The notes: generated from the sequence alone by a model not told the origin. A stretch of DNA of 62,030 bases, filler included, from Basidioascus undulatus (GCA_000826855.1; 10 parts of 10 records of this genome joined end to end with filler, not necessarily neighbours in it); one strand, 5' to 3'. Numbered from the whole stretch's first letter, positions 37,731-51,425 are shown. Numbers and translations: made by a program.

Positions 37731-38233
37731 TGAGGGAGGAGGCGAGAAGGACGGATGTGGACTGTGTTTGGAGGCTGATAGATGTACTTCTGCAATTATA
37801 CGAGTAAGTTATCAGATGCGGTGTGATCCATTCACGTTTTATTGGTTGAACCAGACTGGTAAATCGAGCCAGACTGGGAAATGATGTGAAGCAGAGCGTC
37901 CAGGCACTCGTCAAGGGCAAGTCGGATGAGATAGTGATGCATTCGGGCAGTATGAATGGGCTTAAACTGAGATGATGAAACGTGTGAAGGAGAACAGGAC
38001 AGAAGGCGCAGTCGTCCGCGGCGCAAGCGTGCGGATTGTATAACTACAGACATGGAAAGGACCAAAGGAGACAGAAAGAAACAAGCAGGCAGAAGAGAGG
38101 AAAGACTAGCTAGGCAGGAGGGGGCGTGAGGTGCGTGTGTGCGTCGTGCAGGTGTGAGGAAGGGGCGTTACTGTGTGGTATTTGTTGGGAGGTCGTTGGA
38201 AGGGACGGAGGGATCCGCAGTGCGGTTAGGAGC

Positions 38234-39132
38234 TCAGAAAGGCTGGAGGGGCGCGTGAGCGGGGGTGTTGAACAGCGATAGAGGAGGGAGAGAAGAGGGG
38301 AGACGCACCTTCTTCATGAAGTCCACGAGGAGATCGAGGCACAACATCGGGTCGTCGTTCTGCGTGAAACCGCGCACTTGGACGACGAACTTGGCTGTGT
38401 TCGGTTGGCAGGGTCACAGGCGGGTTCGAGGAGCGAAATGGGGGAGGACGATGGAGGCAGGAGGAGCGGGGAGGGAACGGGAAGGGTGGGAGAGAGAGAT
38501 GGGAAGAAGACCAACCTTGCGGGATCTCCTTCGGGAGCTCGACAGTCTGCTTGACGTCGTAATCACCCGGCTCGACGGGGCATTGGATCGAGGCGTTCGC
38601 GTTGGCACTGCCCACACATCGCAGCTTCAACAAAGAGGATATACAGGAGGATGGGAGAGACTAAACACGCACGCCTCCTCGCACACGTCGAACCGCTTCG
38701 AGAGCAGCTTGATCAGCCCGAGCTTGACGAGCACGTCCGCGTACGCGCCGTCCTGTCCGCAGGCCCCTCCCCATCTCAGCTTCTTGCGCCCCGGGGAGAT
38801 TAGGACGAGAGGGGAGACGCACATCGATCTTCTCCCGCGCGGTGCCAGACGCGTGCACAGTCAGGTTCTTGCCCGGCTCGGGCGGATCGGGCGAGACGGT
38901 CAGGCTCTTGAGCAGGATCGCATCGTTGGGCTCGCCTGCATCCCACCCCAGCAATCCAGGTCAGGAGTCAATCTCCTATGAGGAGGGAGTGGAAATGAGG
39001 CGCACCACAGTCGACATACGACCACGACGCGGTGGTGCTTGCGCCGCCGAGGACCCACTGCGGGAGGGTCGACGCCGCCGCGGTGCTTGCGACCACGGCG
39101 AGGAGGAAGAGCGGTGCGAGGGGGGCGCGCAT
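38234..39132 (-). CDS. NPC2: ML-domain lipid transfer protein (NPC2 / PG-PI transfer protein)
   Basis: Signal peptide, WSYVDC|G, SPDPPEPGKNLTV, GAYADVLVKLGLIKLLSKRFDVCEE, QCPVEPG...ELPKEIPQ|AKF, MLCLDLLVDFMKK|PF*. Confidence 0.95.
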
Positions 39133-41722
39133 GGTGGGTGCTGGGAGGAGGGAGGGAAGAGCGTTGAGGATAAGATGGTTGAGGGCAAGAGCGAGAGCGA
39201 GAGCGACGGCGGGGAGACTGCTGCGCCCTGCGCCTGGGCACCGCCGTCATCGGTCGGACGTCGCACGTGATTTGCCTTTGCCTGTTGACAGCCCTAGACA
39301 GACAGCCCACAGTGCCACAGCTATGCGGTAGAAATTTGAAGCGTCTGGAGAGATCTTAAAGACGTGAATCATTGCTTGGGAAAAAGACGAAGTGGCTTGG
39401 GGGAAATCTACGAAGACTGGACAAAGTGCATCAAACGGGGGCCATAAGGCTCCGACGGCTCCTCCGGACCATCTGCTGAGCTTGCGCTGAGCTATGCTCG
39501 GTTCATGAAGACGCTGAAAAGCTGACAGTGAGCCCGCTGAAGGAGAGCAAAAAAACGAGATTCTGCTTGTCAATGGAAATTACCGATCGGTACTTTCGAG
39601 AATCTCTATCCTCGCAGAAGGGTTCGACACCGCGTTTGCTCTTCGTGCGCTATCTTCTTACTGGTGGATGTGGGCCGACGCACACGCGGCAGGTCCGATT
39701 CTCTGTTTTCCAGTTGCCTGATGTACTCGATCATCAATACAAACGAAATATTGGTGCCCCAGAATTCTCTGTTATGCGGCACCGGTGCAGTACCTCAACA
39801 TGAAGGAGTTTCTGCAGTGCATGAACGACGGCGTCTGTAGTATTGTTCAAATCTACACTCTTGAGGTATGATAATCTTCTATCATGTTTAGCACCCCAAC
39901 CCAAGACTAGGTAGTAATCCCTCAAAGCTGATTTCCTGCAGTCAATGCCGGGTTTGCGAATCGTCTCGCTGTCATCAGGTTAGATGACTCCAGCAGACTT
40001 AAAACAGGCCTATATACTCTTAAAAGCATTCAACCCAAATTTCTTGGCTCGATCTCGGTTGTGCCGGCATGTGGTGCACAAACGAATGACAGCCGGAGAT
40101 TTCACTTCTCAGGCGTCAGAGATTGACAAAGCAACTGTGGTATTGTTTCATACCCATAGACCCTTTACAGGCTCTCTTTGAAGTCTTTTTAAGAACCAGA
40201 ACTGGCGTGCAAAGGCGCGAGCCAATGCATGTGGCTGCGCCGGGATCACTTCAGAAAAAGTAGCTTGCCTGCCACATCAGCGTTTTCCTTTTCTTTTCAG
40301 TATGCTGAAAGTTGTAACTACTATATGAAAGGGTCGCAAAACTGGGCTTAAAGTTTCAGAGTTATCGCTTTGTCCTGACAACAGACCTCCAGTGCGCATA
40401 TGAGGGCGACTCGCCTCGGTTGACCCCTAGCTCGATATTACATCTAGACTTTGCACTCACTGCCTAAGCTATATATTGAGAAAATGAACATTTTCTTGAA
40501 CTTACAGGATCGCTTTTCAGCACGCCGGAGCGGGAACCACTTCGAACAGCGGATCATAAGGACTGAAATCAGCATGGCAAATTTAAAGGGCTTCGGCGTT
40601 TCAATATTTGCGTTGAACGGCGGCGCGGATAGACCGATTCCCACTTCGTTCCTCAGGGAATCGGAACCATATAGGCCCTTTGCAAGAGCATCTCGAAGAC
40701 CTGGTGAGATGGGGTGGTATCATGGCGTGGTGCATGGAGAAGAACATGCCAATATTTTGTAGGACAATTGCGCCCTCGTCACCCCGGGGGACGATGTCAA
40801 TACACGTCGGGCAATGAGCAAAATTCGTATCGTTCCTTTTCTACTATCAACCTCTCCAGTCCGTTATTTTCCGAGGATGTACCTTTGGAGGCCTGTAGAG
40901 GCTGGCTGATGGAAGCGGCTGAAAGACGTCGTGAGGAGTGACATACAGAAGGGCCTTGACTCCGTCGTGACCCTGCAGCTGCCGGCTGCCTCGTACTGAC
41001 AGTCATGGACGCGATTTTTGGCATGCGCGAGGAATGTCGCTGCCCATGTGATAATACCATAATTGTATAACATAAAGGAGATGTCTTCATCCCTAGCACA
41101 GACAATAGTTCCAGGATGCACAGAGGCGTGAGAAGACGGTGCAGTGAGTCTGCTACCTGACCCCTGACAAGTGGCCTTGGGACAATTTTGGAGAATGGTA
41201 ATGGGAATGATACTGACCACAGAATTATACTCCTGTTTGTCTGACATTTTGTTGAATCGCAGGCAGCTCTGTAAAGACACATCGTGACGTAGGTCCGGTG
41301 CACCGTCCGGCAACCTGCTCTCCATCAGGTTGCGCAACATGACCTGCCAACTGTCAAGTATTTTTGCACAACAAGTGGCCAAAGATTTGGGAGAAAGCAT
41401 CGATGACTCGTAAATGACACTCATTGTGAGTGCATTGAAGTATTAAGAAGTTTCTCTCTGCGGCCCGCCTCGTCCACTCGCCTCCCGAGGTGGGTCTCAT
41501 CTCAACATCTACCGCCCATCTACTCGTTGCCGCCCATAAGACCCCTGCTGGCCGGAAGAAGCACGGCACTCTACCTTCACAATGTTTCCGCTCTTCATCT
41601 CCTAGTCGCCCAGGCCCCTCCCAGAGTCCACGAACGCTCACCCTCAATCCAACCCTTTTAATTCACTACTGCGCTCTTCACTTGGCCTACAAGTATGCCC
41701 AGGGCGAGATCCATGGCCCGTG

Positions 41723-43439
41723 ATGGCGTCGAGTCCGATCCGCCCCCGCGGCAGAAGAAGCCCACGAACCGCGCGCGGGGCGCGAAACGCGGACAAGGAG
41801 AACGCGGTGGGCGGCGTGGGGAAGGACAAGGACAGAGAGCCCGGTACGACCAAGGTGAGTTTTCCAACTTGCTTTCATTCGTCGTCCATTTTTCAACATG
41901 GCCTCTCAGACTCGTCCGATATCATCATCATCCACCTCCCCCCCGCTCTGGACGCTCCACACCCGCTCCGCATCCGCGTCCGTCTCCCCACCGCAGGCGT
42001 TCGACCCCCCGCGGCGCGCGTCGGCATCGTCCGACGAGGGTGCCGGCGGAGGCGACTCCTCGTCGAAGGAGAACCACGCGAACGGGCTTGTAGTCGCCCC
42101 GCCTACGCCCCCCGGGGGTAGGAGCGCATACCGCGTGCTCAAGGCCCCCCCGCCGAGGGAGAGGGAGCGGGAGAGGGATGACGGGTTCAAGCGCCCGCTT
42201 GCGCCGCCTGTGCGCCCCCAGACGCAGCCCCCGCCGCAGGACCCAGAACCGCTCTACGCTCAGCCCGCACCACCTCCGCCCCCACTCACGGACCACGTCG
42301 CGCCTGTCCATCCCGGGTGGCCCACCCCCCCTCCCCCCCCCCCCGCCTTCCCTCTTCGTCCTTTCCGGAAACTCGCTTCACTCGTCCCGCCCCCAACAGC
42401 CCATGATGCTCCCCCTCCAACTGCTCATCTTCACCCGGCGCGACCTCGTCCCCTCCATCGCCGACCTCCTCGCGGCCAAGGGCTTCTGGCTCGAGCCGCC
42501 TACGACGTGTGCGTCCCTTTCCCCTTTGCCCCATCCCTATTCCTCTCTATCCCCCTCTTCCCTGCACCTCCTCCCTTGCTCTTTCCCTCTTCCGTCACTT
42601 TTCTTCCCTCCTCCATACTTGTTTCGATGCTTACCCCCGCAAACGCCCAGATGACCCCTCAAAACACTGCAACGCGCAATACCGCGACCCCTTCCCCTCT
42701 CGCCCCCGGCCCTCGGGCGTGCCCGCAGGCGGGTTCTGCGCCTCCGCGTCCTTCTCCGGGGGGCTGCGCATGCGTCCGGGATGGCCTGCAAGCGCGGGCC
42801 TGGTCGTCCCCCCGCCCCGGCTGGGCGCCGCCCAGGTGCGCACAATGGACGTGCAGCGCAGCCAGGTTACGGAGATATTTCAGAGTATGAATACGGGCGA
42901 TTTGGGGGAGACGGAACCGGGTACGTTTTGTCCCTTCAGAAGAAAGGCAGTCAGGGAAGCTGACGTGGTTGTGGTGGGGGGAAGGCCCGAACCTCTGCAC
43001 CCGCCTCTACCCGCACCAAAAACAAGCCCTCACCTTCCTGCTCCAGCGGGAGGACGACGCGCGCGCGGGGGAGAAGAACGCGTTCAGCTTCTGGAAGACG
43101 GGCGTCGACCCTGCGACGGAGAGGAAGACGTGGACGAATATTGTCACGCAGAAGGTTCAGGGGCGGGAGCCGGAGAGCTGTAGGGGTGCTATATTGGCGG
43201 ATGATGTGCGTTCTCTCATTCTTTGTAGCATCTTCACTCGGGGCTGTGGGAGGTGACAGAGGCGGGAGGAAAGAGGAAGACGGAGAAAAGGGAAGAAAGG
43301 AGGAGGATGGAAGACTGATGCGTTGTTGGGTTTTGGGAACAGATGGGTCTGGGCAAGACGATCTCCATCGTGTCCCTCATCGCCGCGACCCTCGACTCAG
43401 CCTACGCCTTCGGCTCCTCCCCGCTCTCCCTGACCTTCT
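41723..43439 (+). CDS. SNF2-family ATPase, Rad5/HLTF(SMARCA3)-like, 3'-truncated
   Basis: LYPHQKQALTFLLQRE (Q motif) and CRGAILADD|MGLGKTISIVSLI (Walker A). There is a frame problem near 42320-42400. Confidence 0.88.
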
Positions 43440-43539
43440 NNNNNNNNNNNNNNNNNNNNNNNNNNNNNNNNNNNNNNNNNNNNTTAATTAATTAANNNNN
43501 NNNNNNNNNNNNNNNNNNNNNNNNNNNNNNNNNNNNNNN

Positions 43540-44161
43540 GTGTGGGGGAAAGGAGGGGACGTACGGCCAGGAGGAGCGTCCACGGGATGAGGGAGAGGTT
43601 CGCCCATGTTGAGAGGGACCATCCGCCCGGTCTATCTAACAACTGCCCAGCCACTTGCGGGCCTAAGAACGCGCGCGCCGCTGCAGCGCCGTACAACGCG
43701 GAGACGGCGCCGCCACCCAGCCCGAGGCCTGTCCATAGCGCCTCGCTCAAAACGCGGCGTGAGCAGAGAGGAGGGAGCGAGACGCACCAGCTACGAGTCC
43801 CAACGGCGCTATTCGCCCAAACAGCCCATCGACCGCCCGGAACGCGGGCAAGAGCGGCGGCGCCTCTGTGCGGACCTCGTACGTCTCTGCGCACTGCGGG
43901 CACGCGATCGACTCGCCAGGCTGCTTGCTCTTGATCCAGAGCAATAGACACTGCACTCCCACCATCGACTTATCAGACACATCAACGGAGAGAGAAAGAG
44001 GGAGCGCAGTGGCGTACCTCCTCGTGAGCGACCAACGAGCACCGACACGGGTGGACCCACCGCCCATCGTCCCGCCCTCGCGGAGAGTCGTCCACCTCCT
44101 CCTCTTGGCAGATCCAGCAGTGCTTTATTCGCAGATCGCTTACGCCGTAGGGTGGTGGCAT
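43540..44161 (-). CDS. RING-CH (MARCH5-like) membrane E3 ubiquitin ligase, 3'-truncated
   Basis: CWIC...WVHPCRCSLVAHEE|CLLLWI...CPQC (C4HC3), followed by transmembrane segments. Confidence 0.88.
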
Positions 44162-44830
44162 TGGCTGGATGATGACGGTGATGGTGTGTGGAAGAGTGGA
44201 ACGGGGAAGGGAGGGCAGCGAAGGCAGTGAGCTAAACGTAATTTTCGGCGTTAAGGGCTGCACTTCCACTGCTGCGAGGCCGGAAACTGCGAAGTGTCGT
44301 TGCTCATTTTATTGGATTGAAAAGAAGCACAAAATGTACCAGATAATAACTGTGTTTCACTTTTGGAACATACCCCAGGTCAACAGTCAGATGCCGAGTG
44401 GGTCGAGACGACCGCGAGCGACGCTGCAGGTCAACGCTGCCCAGCCTAGGTCCCAGTCTTTTCACGATTGTGCATGTTCTCTTGGTTGTTTTCATCAGGT
44501 TAGCATACAAGCGAAATTAAAAGAAATCGAGGAAGAGCCCAAAGCAACTGTCACTTGCCTGTCGAGCGAGCCCCTGACATTAGATGGGCGCTGTCGCAGC
44601 CGGCTATGCTGCCCTGAGACTTCTGCAAGCCTGCAGCAGTCAGCTTGTCAAGAACCATGTGGGTTAGTTCCTGCCCATAATGCGTTTGTATGTACAGAAG
44701 GCAGGTATCCTCCTCATTGTCAACGATCATGCGTGAAACCCCTGACCCTCAGGCACTCCAGACCGATCCTCGTCTCTCTTCACCCTGAACCTTCCTCCTC
44801 TCTCACCTTAATCCATCACCACCCTCTCAA

Positions 44831-45446
44831 ACGGCCACACAAATCCCTAGCCTCATCCTGGTCCTCTTCTGGGCCGCAGCAGCGCTCTGCGGTCCGACTG
44901 CCACGCACGAACGCACGGTGACTGCACTCGGCCAGCCGCTCTCAAACGCTGCCAGATTGCAGCTGGGTCTCCCTCCCCGTACAAAGGCCCCGAGGGGACT
45001 TCTAGGATCCACCGGAAGTCTAGCCTTGCCGGTAAGTGAGATCTCGCTCTGCTGCACCCTGCTCCTGCGCGATCATGTCGGCTCACGACCGTGTCGGTTG
45101 CAGCTCGAGCGCTGCCCTCTCAAGCGGCGTCCGTGTCTATCATCACCGAGTGCGCTGCGAATCCTTACCAGCTGCTGTGACTACGTTGCGGCCGCAGGTC
45201 CAAGGGCAAGCTTGCGGTGTACAACGACGCCTTCGAGGACATCGGGGCTGTCTCCCGCATCAGTGCGTCGCAGTTCCTGGATCTCAATACTACCAGTGAA
45301 CACCCTTTGATGAAACGCTGAGCGTAGCTAATTATTCCTGTATTTACGGCCCCAACGACCTTCTAGATCTCGGACGACGCAAGCAAGGCCATCGTGTTTA
45401 AGGCGCAAGGCGGTCTCGGCAATACGTACAGTTTCGGCGAAGAAGG
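44831..45446 (+). pseudogene. Basidiomycete small secreted protein with NAxRLxxGLPP motif; ACG in place of ATG
   Basis: From ACG at 44831: (M)ATQIPSLILVLFWAAAALCGP (signal peptide)...LSNAARLQLGLPPR. Later GT-AG-bounded pieces read ARALPSQAAS, SKGKLAVYNDAFEDIGAVSRI and ISDDASKAIVF. Confidence 0.55.
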
Positions 45447-47606
45447 TACGGGCGTGTGGGAGGGGTACCGAGACGATTTGTACGGCGTTTTCTCCCACCG
45501 CGGAGGCGGCCCTAGGAGCGGGCAGTTCGGCGTGCGTAAACCCTCCTTCCCTTACTTCACCTGTCCGTCTCTCGGGGGATAGTGCGTTTGACGCTGTGTG
45601 GAACGCAACAGTTACTGCAACCTCCTCGGCTAGTTACGGTGCCCAGTGCCCAAACTACCTTCGGTGTCCAAGCAAGCACGCCTTTGCGCCCTGCGCGCTG
45701 TTTAAGCTGTCTGCATCTTCCCGTGTCTATAGACGACTCTTTTAACCACGGTGCCGCCGCCCACTTTGGCTTCCCGTTTCCCAATCGCCGCAATTCCCTC
45801 GCCTGTCCTGCAGTCCAGCAGCGGTGTCCCTGTATGGTCGTCTTCATCCCTATCATCCTTCCACTAATGTCCTCTTGAACATAATCCTTATGCTTCCCCC
45901 AGATGCCCACCCCCTGCAAGCGCTCTTCTACGCTTCCGGTCGTCCGAATATCGTCGTTGCCCACCAGTCCCCGACTTCATTGAAGCTTACGCGACATACT
46001 CAACCGCCACACGGCAGGATGTGCTGCAAGCCTCTTCGAACGTCCGGGCCACACAGAGGGGCTGTGGCAGAACTCGAAAGCTAACAGCACTCATCAACTC
46101 CCTTCACAAAACACTCTTCGCATGTGCGTGCACGGCGGAGAGAAACGACCCGAACCTCAGCCTCTTGTCCCAAGCACGGAAGACGCAATTAAGGGGGAAG
46201 AATTCTGGCAAAACATTTCGTCGAGATGCACGAACGTCCTGAAAAGTGTACGCAGACGTGACTTTACCGTGTGTTGATGTGTTGCCGGTGGCGAAATCGG
46301 GGGCTGCCTGTGCTTTCAAGGTAATCTGTCCATCCCACACATTATACTGTGCTTGTGCGCCCAGGCTTTATGAGTGGGTCCTTCCGGCGTGGAATGAAGA
46401 CGCTTCAGAATGAGCGTTGAAGAAGCTGTACCCTGCTTTTGGCGCAGCCGTTCGACCAGTGGAATGGGTTGTTTGACCAAGATTATCTGGAGTCCTTATG
46501 CTCCTGGACTCCTAAGAATGGGCGCTTGAAGGCTTCAGCTTGTGTCACTCTAGTGGAAGGGTGTGCGGCGGCGCGTCGGCAGTGACGAGGGGCTGGAAGT
46601 CACTGTCGAGGAAGAAGGCCTTTCAAGGCGGCCGAATCTTGCCTTCAGGCTGTTGTCACCCTGTGGAGTTCTCGAGTGCACCTGCCGAGCGAATTTTCCT
46701 TTGCAGAAAGACATGAAAGTGAGAGCCGGATCTGTTGTCGTCGAGCTGAAAGAGATCGACGAGTCGGGGCGCGTCTGCAGCGAAAGTCAAGACATTGTCG
46801 CGAGTCTGAAACACGTCCCGTCTGGCGCGCCGCCTCCGTGCCTGCGCCCGCTTTCGAGCTGGTCAATCGTCCCCATGCCTTGCTGTATATCCAAGTAAGA
46901 TGTTGGTGGAATATTTCCACAGAAGGATAGGCTATTATCAAGCACGCGTTGAAGAAAAAAGAGCGTTCAATAAGCAAGTAATGCGACGCGTGCAGGCATG
47001 TGTAGGCGAGTGCACGGGCCTGCCACAGTCAGCCGCCAGGCGCTCAGCCGCAGGAGTCCAGCTTGCTCTTCGCCTTCGCCTTCTCCCTCCTCCGCCATTC
47101 CCTGTTGTTCCCCTTCCGGCCCCCACCGCGCGACCATCAACCGTTCGGCAATTGCCGGTGACGGAGCAGCAGGGAACGACGCGCCATCTGACCTGCGCTG
47201 AGCGAGCAGGCGAGCGGGCGAGCGTTCGCTGTAGCACGGTCAGTCCCTGTTTGGCATGCTGCGGACAACACCAGCGCGCTCGCACACGCATGCGCGATGG
47301 GCGGGCTGGGCGTCTCCTCTTTTTGCTGATGCCATTTCGAGCCACACTCGACAGTAATCTCATCATCCAGCCTGTAGTACTCTGTGCATCGCCGGTTGTC
47401 CTTGCCCTCCTCGCGCTCTCATCCGAACTCGGCCCGGCACGCTCGTTGTCAACCTAGTCTTGCTCGGCCCGCCGCACACTCGGGATCGGCCAAGGTTCGC
47501 AGCGCACATTCCACCCTTTGCTCACAACCACACATCCTCAATCCCGTACAACACCCAAACAGACCTGCACCCCTCCCTCCTGCCCCTCCCTTTCCCTCCT
47601 CCCGCC

Positions 47607-49630
47607 ATGGTCACCCCCGAGGCCGACACTCTCACCCCGCCGCCCGTCCAGGAGCCGGTGGGCCCTCACCCTCACCCTCACCACCCTCTATCCTCCTCCC
47701 GCCGCCGTCCGTCCGCCTACCCCGAGGACACGTACGCCGCCGCGCTCCGTCACCCGGCAGCGCAGAACTACTTCCAGGGCCACCCGCGCCGCCAGAAGGT
47801 CTTCTTCGGGCCCTTCCTCCTCCTTAACACGCTCGGTGCGTGCTCGCTTCCGTTTCATTCTCGAGCGGTGTGGGAGTGGGACGCTGAGCGGGGCCTGTGC
47901 GGTGGGTGTAGGTGAGGGCGAGTTTGGGAAGGTCAAGCTCGGCATCCACGGAGAATGGGGCGAGGAGGTCGCCGTCAAACTTATTCGGCGCAACAGCGTG
48001 TCTGATCCGCTCCGGTTAGGAAAGGTGGAGAGGGAGATTGAGGTCTTGCGGGTGAGTGCAGTAGAAACCACTCTGGCGCGAGCGAGCCGGGCTGTACGGC
48101 CGGTTACTGACGAGCTCCATCTCGACCCAGTCCGTCACGCACCCCAACATCGTGCGGTTATACGACGTGATCGAGACCGAGAAGTATATTGGCATGTGCG
48201 TCCGCTCATTCTGTTCTCAATTCCCGGAGAAAGCGGCTGACGATTGGAGGTGGGCTGGACAGCGTCCTCGAGTACGCGTCCGGCGGCGAGCTCTTCGACT
48301 TCATCCTTCGCCATAAATACCTCAAAGAGCGCGACGCCTGCCGACTCTTCGCGCAACTCATCTCCGGCGTCTGGTACCTGCATCAAAAGAAGGTCATCCA
48401 CCGCGACCTGAAGTTGGAGAACCTCCTGCTCGACCGAGGGCGGTACGTATCTTTCCTCATCCGCCTTGACTTTGCAGGGTCTGATCAGAGGTCTTACTCA
48501 GAAACGTGATCATCACCGACTTCGGGTTCGCGAACCGGTTCGAGCACCGACGAGACGACCTGATGGCGACGTCGTGCGGCTCGCCCTGCTACGCCGCGCC
48601 GGAGCTCGTCATCTCCGAGGGCCTCTACGTCGGCTCGGCGGTGGACATCTGGTCGTGCGGCGTGATCCTGTACGCGATGCTCGCGGGCTACCTGCCGTTC
48701 GACGACGACCCGCAAAACCCCGAGGGCGACAACATCAACCTGCTCTACAAGTACATCGTCTCCACGCCGCTCACGTTCCCCGACTTCGTCTCCCCCGACG
48801 CGCGCGACCTCCTCTCCAAGATGCTCGTCCCCGATCCCGCGCGGCGCTGCAATCTCGATACGATCATGCGCCACCGCTGGCTCCGCCCGTACGCGCACTA
48901 CTTCGACCGCACCGTCGACCAGCTCGAGGACCTCGCGCACGAGCAGATGGTCGCGAAGCGCGCGGCGCACAAGCGCCAGCAGGCAGCACTCGAGGCCGAG
49001 CGCGTCGCGGCCGCGCCCGCCCTCGCCCGCTCCCAGTCCACCCGCCCAGACGGCTCCGTCGTCCCTTCCTCCTCTTCCAGCTCCGCCGCTGCCCGCTCGG
49101 CGCGCCACCAGAGTGCGCTCGGCGTCCCCGGCGTTGAGCCCCCCGCGGGCGACGTCGACTTCTTCGCGGCCTCCTCGCGCGGAGGCCGCCAGGTCACGTC
49201 CGCGATTGTCGCGCCGACGCGGACGCACACCGCCGCGGACCTGTTTGCGCCGAACCAGATGCCGCCCGTCCCGGCCGCGTCGGCGCAGCGGCCGCAGGAG
49301 AAGAAGGAGAAGCGGGAGCGGAGCAGCAAGAAGCGGGATGGCAGCTCGGGTGCTGCGTCTGGCAGCGGCAGCCACGCGAAGCGCTCGGCCCAGAGGCATA
49401 CGATCCAGGTCGAGTACGAGCAGCCTGCGGAGGAGGTCGAGCCGCTCCAGGTCGCGATGGAGGGCGTGCAGGAGGAGCCGTCCCAGGCGCCCGTACAGAC
49501 CTCCCCGACCGCTATGGACGTCGACTTGCCCCCCGTCCTCGTCGCACCCTCGGCGTCGCCCTCCCCCGCTCCCGAGCCGCCTTCCGAAGCCTCATCCGCG
49601 CACGAGCCCCTGCCCACCACGCCCCCCTCC
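47607..49630 (+). CDS. KIN4: CAMKL Ser/Thr kinase, Kin4/Ppk1 family, 3'-truncated
   Basis: [44 protein letters not shown]...[39 protein letters not shown]. Confidence 0.94.
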
Positions 49631-49731
49631 NNNNNNNNNNNNNNNNNNNNNNNNNNNNNNNNNNNNNNNNNNNNTTAATTAATTAANNNNNNNNNNNNNN
49701 NNNNNNNNNNNNNNNNNNNNNNNNNNNNNNC

Positions 49732-51425
49732 GGCGACGAGTTTGGCCCGGACAGCGCGTACGGGCAATCGCTCGTCTCCGCCGGGCGGGCGCTATGCAAG
49801 ATCGCCGGCGCGCAGGAAGCGCTCGTGCGCCGGCTGGAGGACGGCTGGGCGGCGGGGATCGAGAAGGCTGTTCGTGCGTGTTCCCCTCTGTTCCCATGCT
49901 GCACAGCGAGAGAGACCAACGGTGTCTGATGTTTGTCTTCTTGATGACGCGGTGTAACTGCGGGACAGACTCGATAAGGGAATACGAGAGCCTGCGCAAG
50001 AAGCTCGAGTCCCGACGGCTCGCGTACGACGCAGCGTACTCGCGCTCGCTCAAGGCGAGCAAGAAGGACGTGGCGGCTGCGGAGGAGGTGATGCTCGCGA
50101 AGGACCGGTAGTGCGTCCCCGTCCGCCTCGCCCTCATCGCTGAGGCTGGAATGCGCTGACACTCCGGCAACACAGCGACGAGACGTCCACGGAGATCCAG
50201 ATCAAGATGCACGGCATCCAGGAGGCCGAGCTCGACCACCTAAAGGACCTGACGAGTTTTGTGGACGCGCACATCGCATTTGCGGATGAGTACAAGGCGA
50301 TCATGAAGGAGCTCAAGGCGGACTGGGTTGACGAGTGCGTGTACTGTTTCTTTTTCGACGTAGAGGTGCTGACAGTATCGCTTGGGAAATAGGACTGCCA
50401 TCCGGCGCATCGACGTCGCGATCGCGCGGCCCGCCGCGCCGACACACAAGCGCGCCCCTTCGCGCCCGACGACTCCGCGCGCGACGTCCGGCGCGGGCGC
50501 GTCGTCAGACGAGGACGAGCCGAGCGGCGTGACGGCGCCCGCCAAGTCGGTCGAGAACCGGAAGCGCTCGGACAGCGCTGCGACGGCCAAAGCGCCCTCA
50601 GGGAGCATGTTCGGGAAGCTCATCACCCCCGGGAGCTCCGTCCGCGGGGCTTGGGGGAGCCTGTCGAAGCGCTCCGGGGCAGCAGCAGTGGGTCTATCCT
50701 CGAACGGCCCGTCCTCCAAGTACGCCGATCTCGACGCGGGGGGCAACGAGCCGCCCTCGCCTTCCTCCGCGCTCTCCCCCGTCCCCTCCGCCAGCACCAA
50801 CACGACCTCCTCCTCCTTCGCCACCGCCCCGCCGCCCCCGCCCATGCGCCGCGCATACACCGCCCCCGCAGTCCCGCAGCCGAAGGTCGTCCGCGCGCTG
50901 TACGACTATGCCGCGGGCGGGACGGACGAGCTCAGCCTCCGCGTCGGGGGCTTGGTCACAGTCACGGCCGAGCCGAGCGAGGGCTGGTGGATCGGCGAGG
51001 ACCACAAGGGCAACAGGGGGATGTTCCCCGCCGCGTACACCGAGCCTTTCTCCGGCCCCGCTTCCGTCGCAGCTCAGTCTCCACCACCCCGCCAGTCGGT
51101 CGAGAGCGCGCGCTCGCCGTTCGACGGGCAGAGCTCGGAGACGGACGACGAGCACCCGTCGGACCCCTTCGCGTACGCGGAGTCCGACTCGTCCGAGACG
51201 GAGGCGCTCCGCCCCGCGCTGCAACACGCCCAGCCACCGCCCTCGTCCTCCTCCTCTGGCGCGGTACCCCCGCCCCCCGCGCCCCGCCGCGGCCACAGCG
51301 GGAGCGTCAGCGGGGGGAGCGCGTTGTTGAGCCCGATTGCTGCGGCTAAGAACAAGCTGTCGAGGGGGAGGAGCGGCAGTGGGAGCGGGCGTGATGGGGA
51401 TGACGGCGGCGGGCTGCTTAGGTAG
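49732..51425 (+). CDS. BAR-SH3 protein (endophilin-like), 5'-truncated
   Basis: GDEFGPDSAYGQSL, RKKLESRRLAYDA (BAR); VRALYDY...DELSL...EGWWIG...GMFPAAY (SH3). Confidence 0.9.

Noticed and set aside
12532..39132. Lipid/CoA gene cluster (LCB1, CAB2, ABHD12-like, NPC2)
   Set aside because: The genes are mostly on separate contigs joined artificially. Only ABHD12-like and NPC2 are truly adjacent, which is too weak to support a cluster.
40450..41424. AT-richer ORFs as an alpha-kinase or transposase relic
   Set aside because: No diagnostic motifs in the frames examined, so left unassigned.
45557..45964. Possible retrotransposon remnant
   Set aside because: No RT, RNase H, integrase or zinc-knuckle motif could be identified.
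50107..50112. In-frame TAG in the BAR-SH3 gene as stop-codon readthrough
   Set aside because: It is explained by an intron: CGG TA|gtgcgt...cag|C gives Arg-Tyr after splicing.
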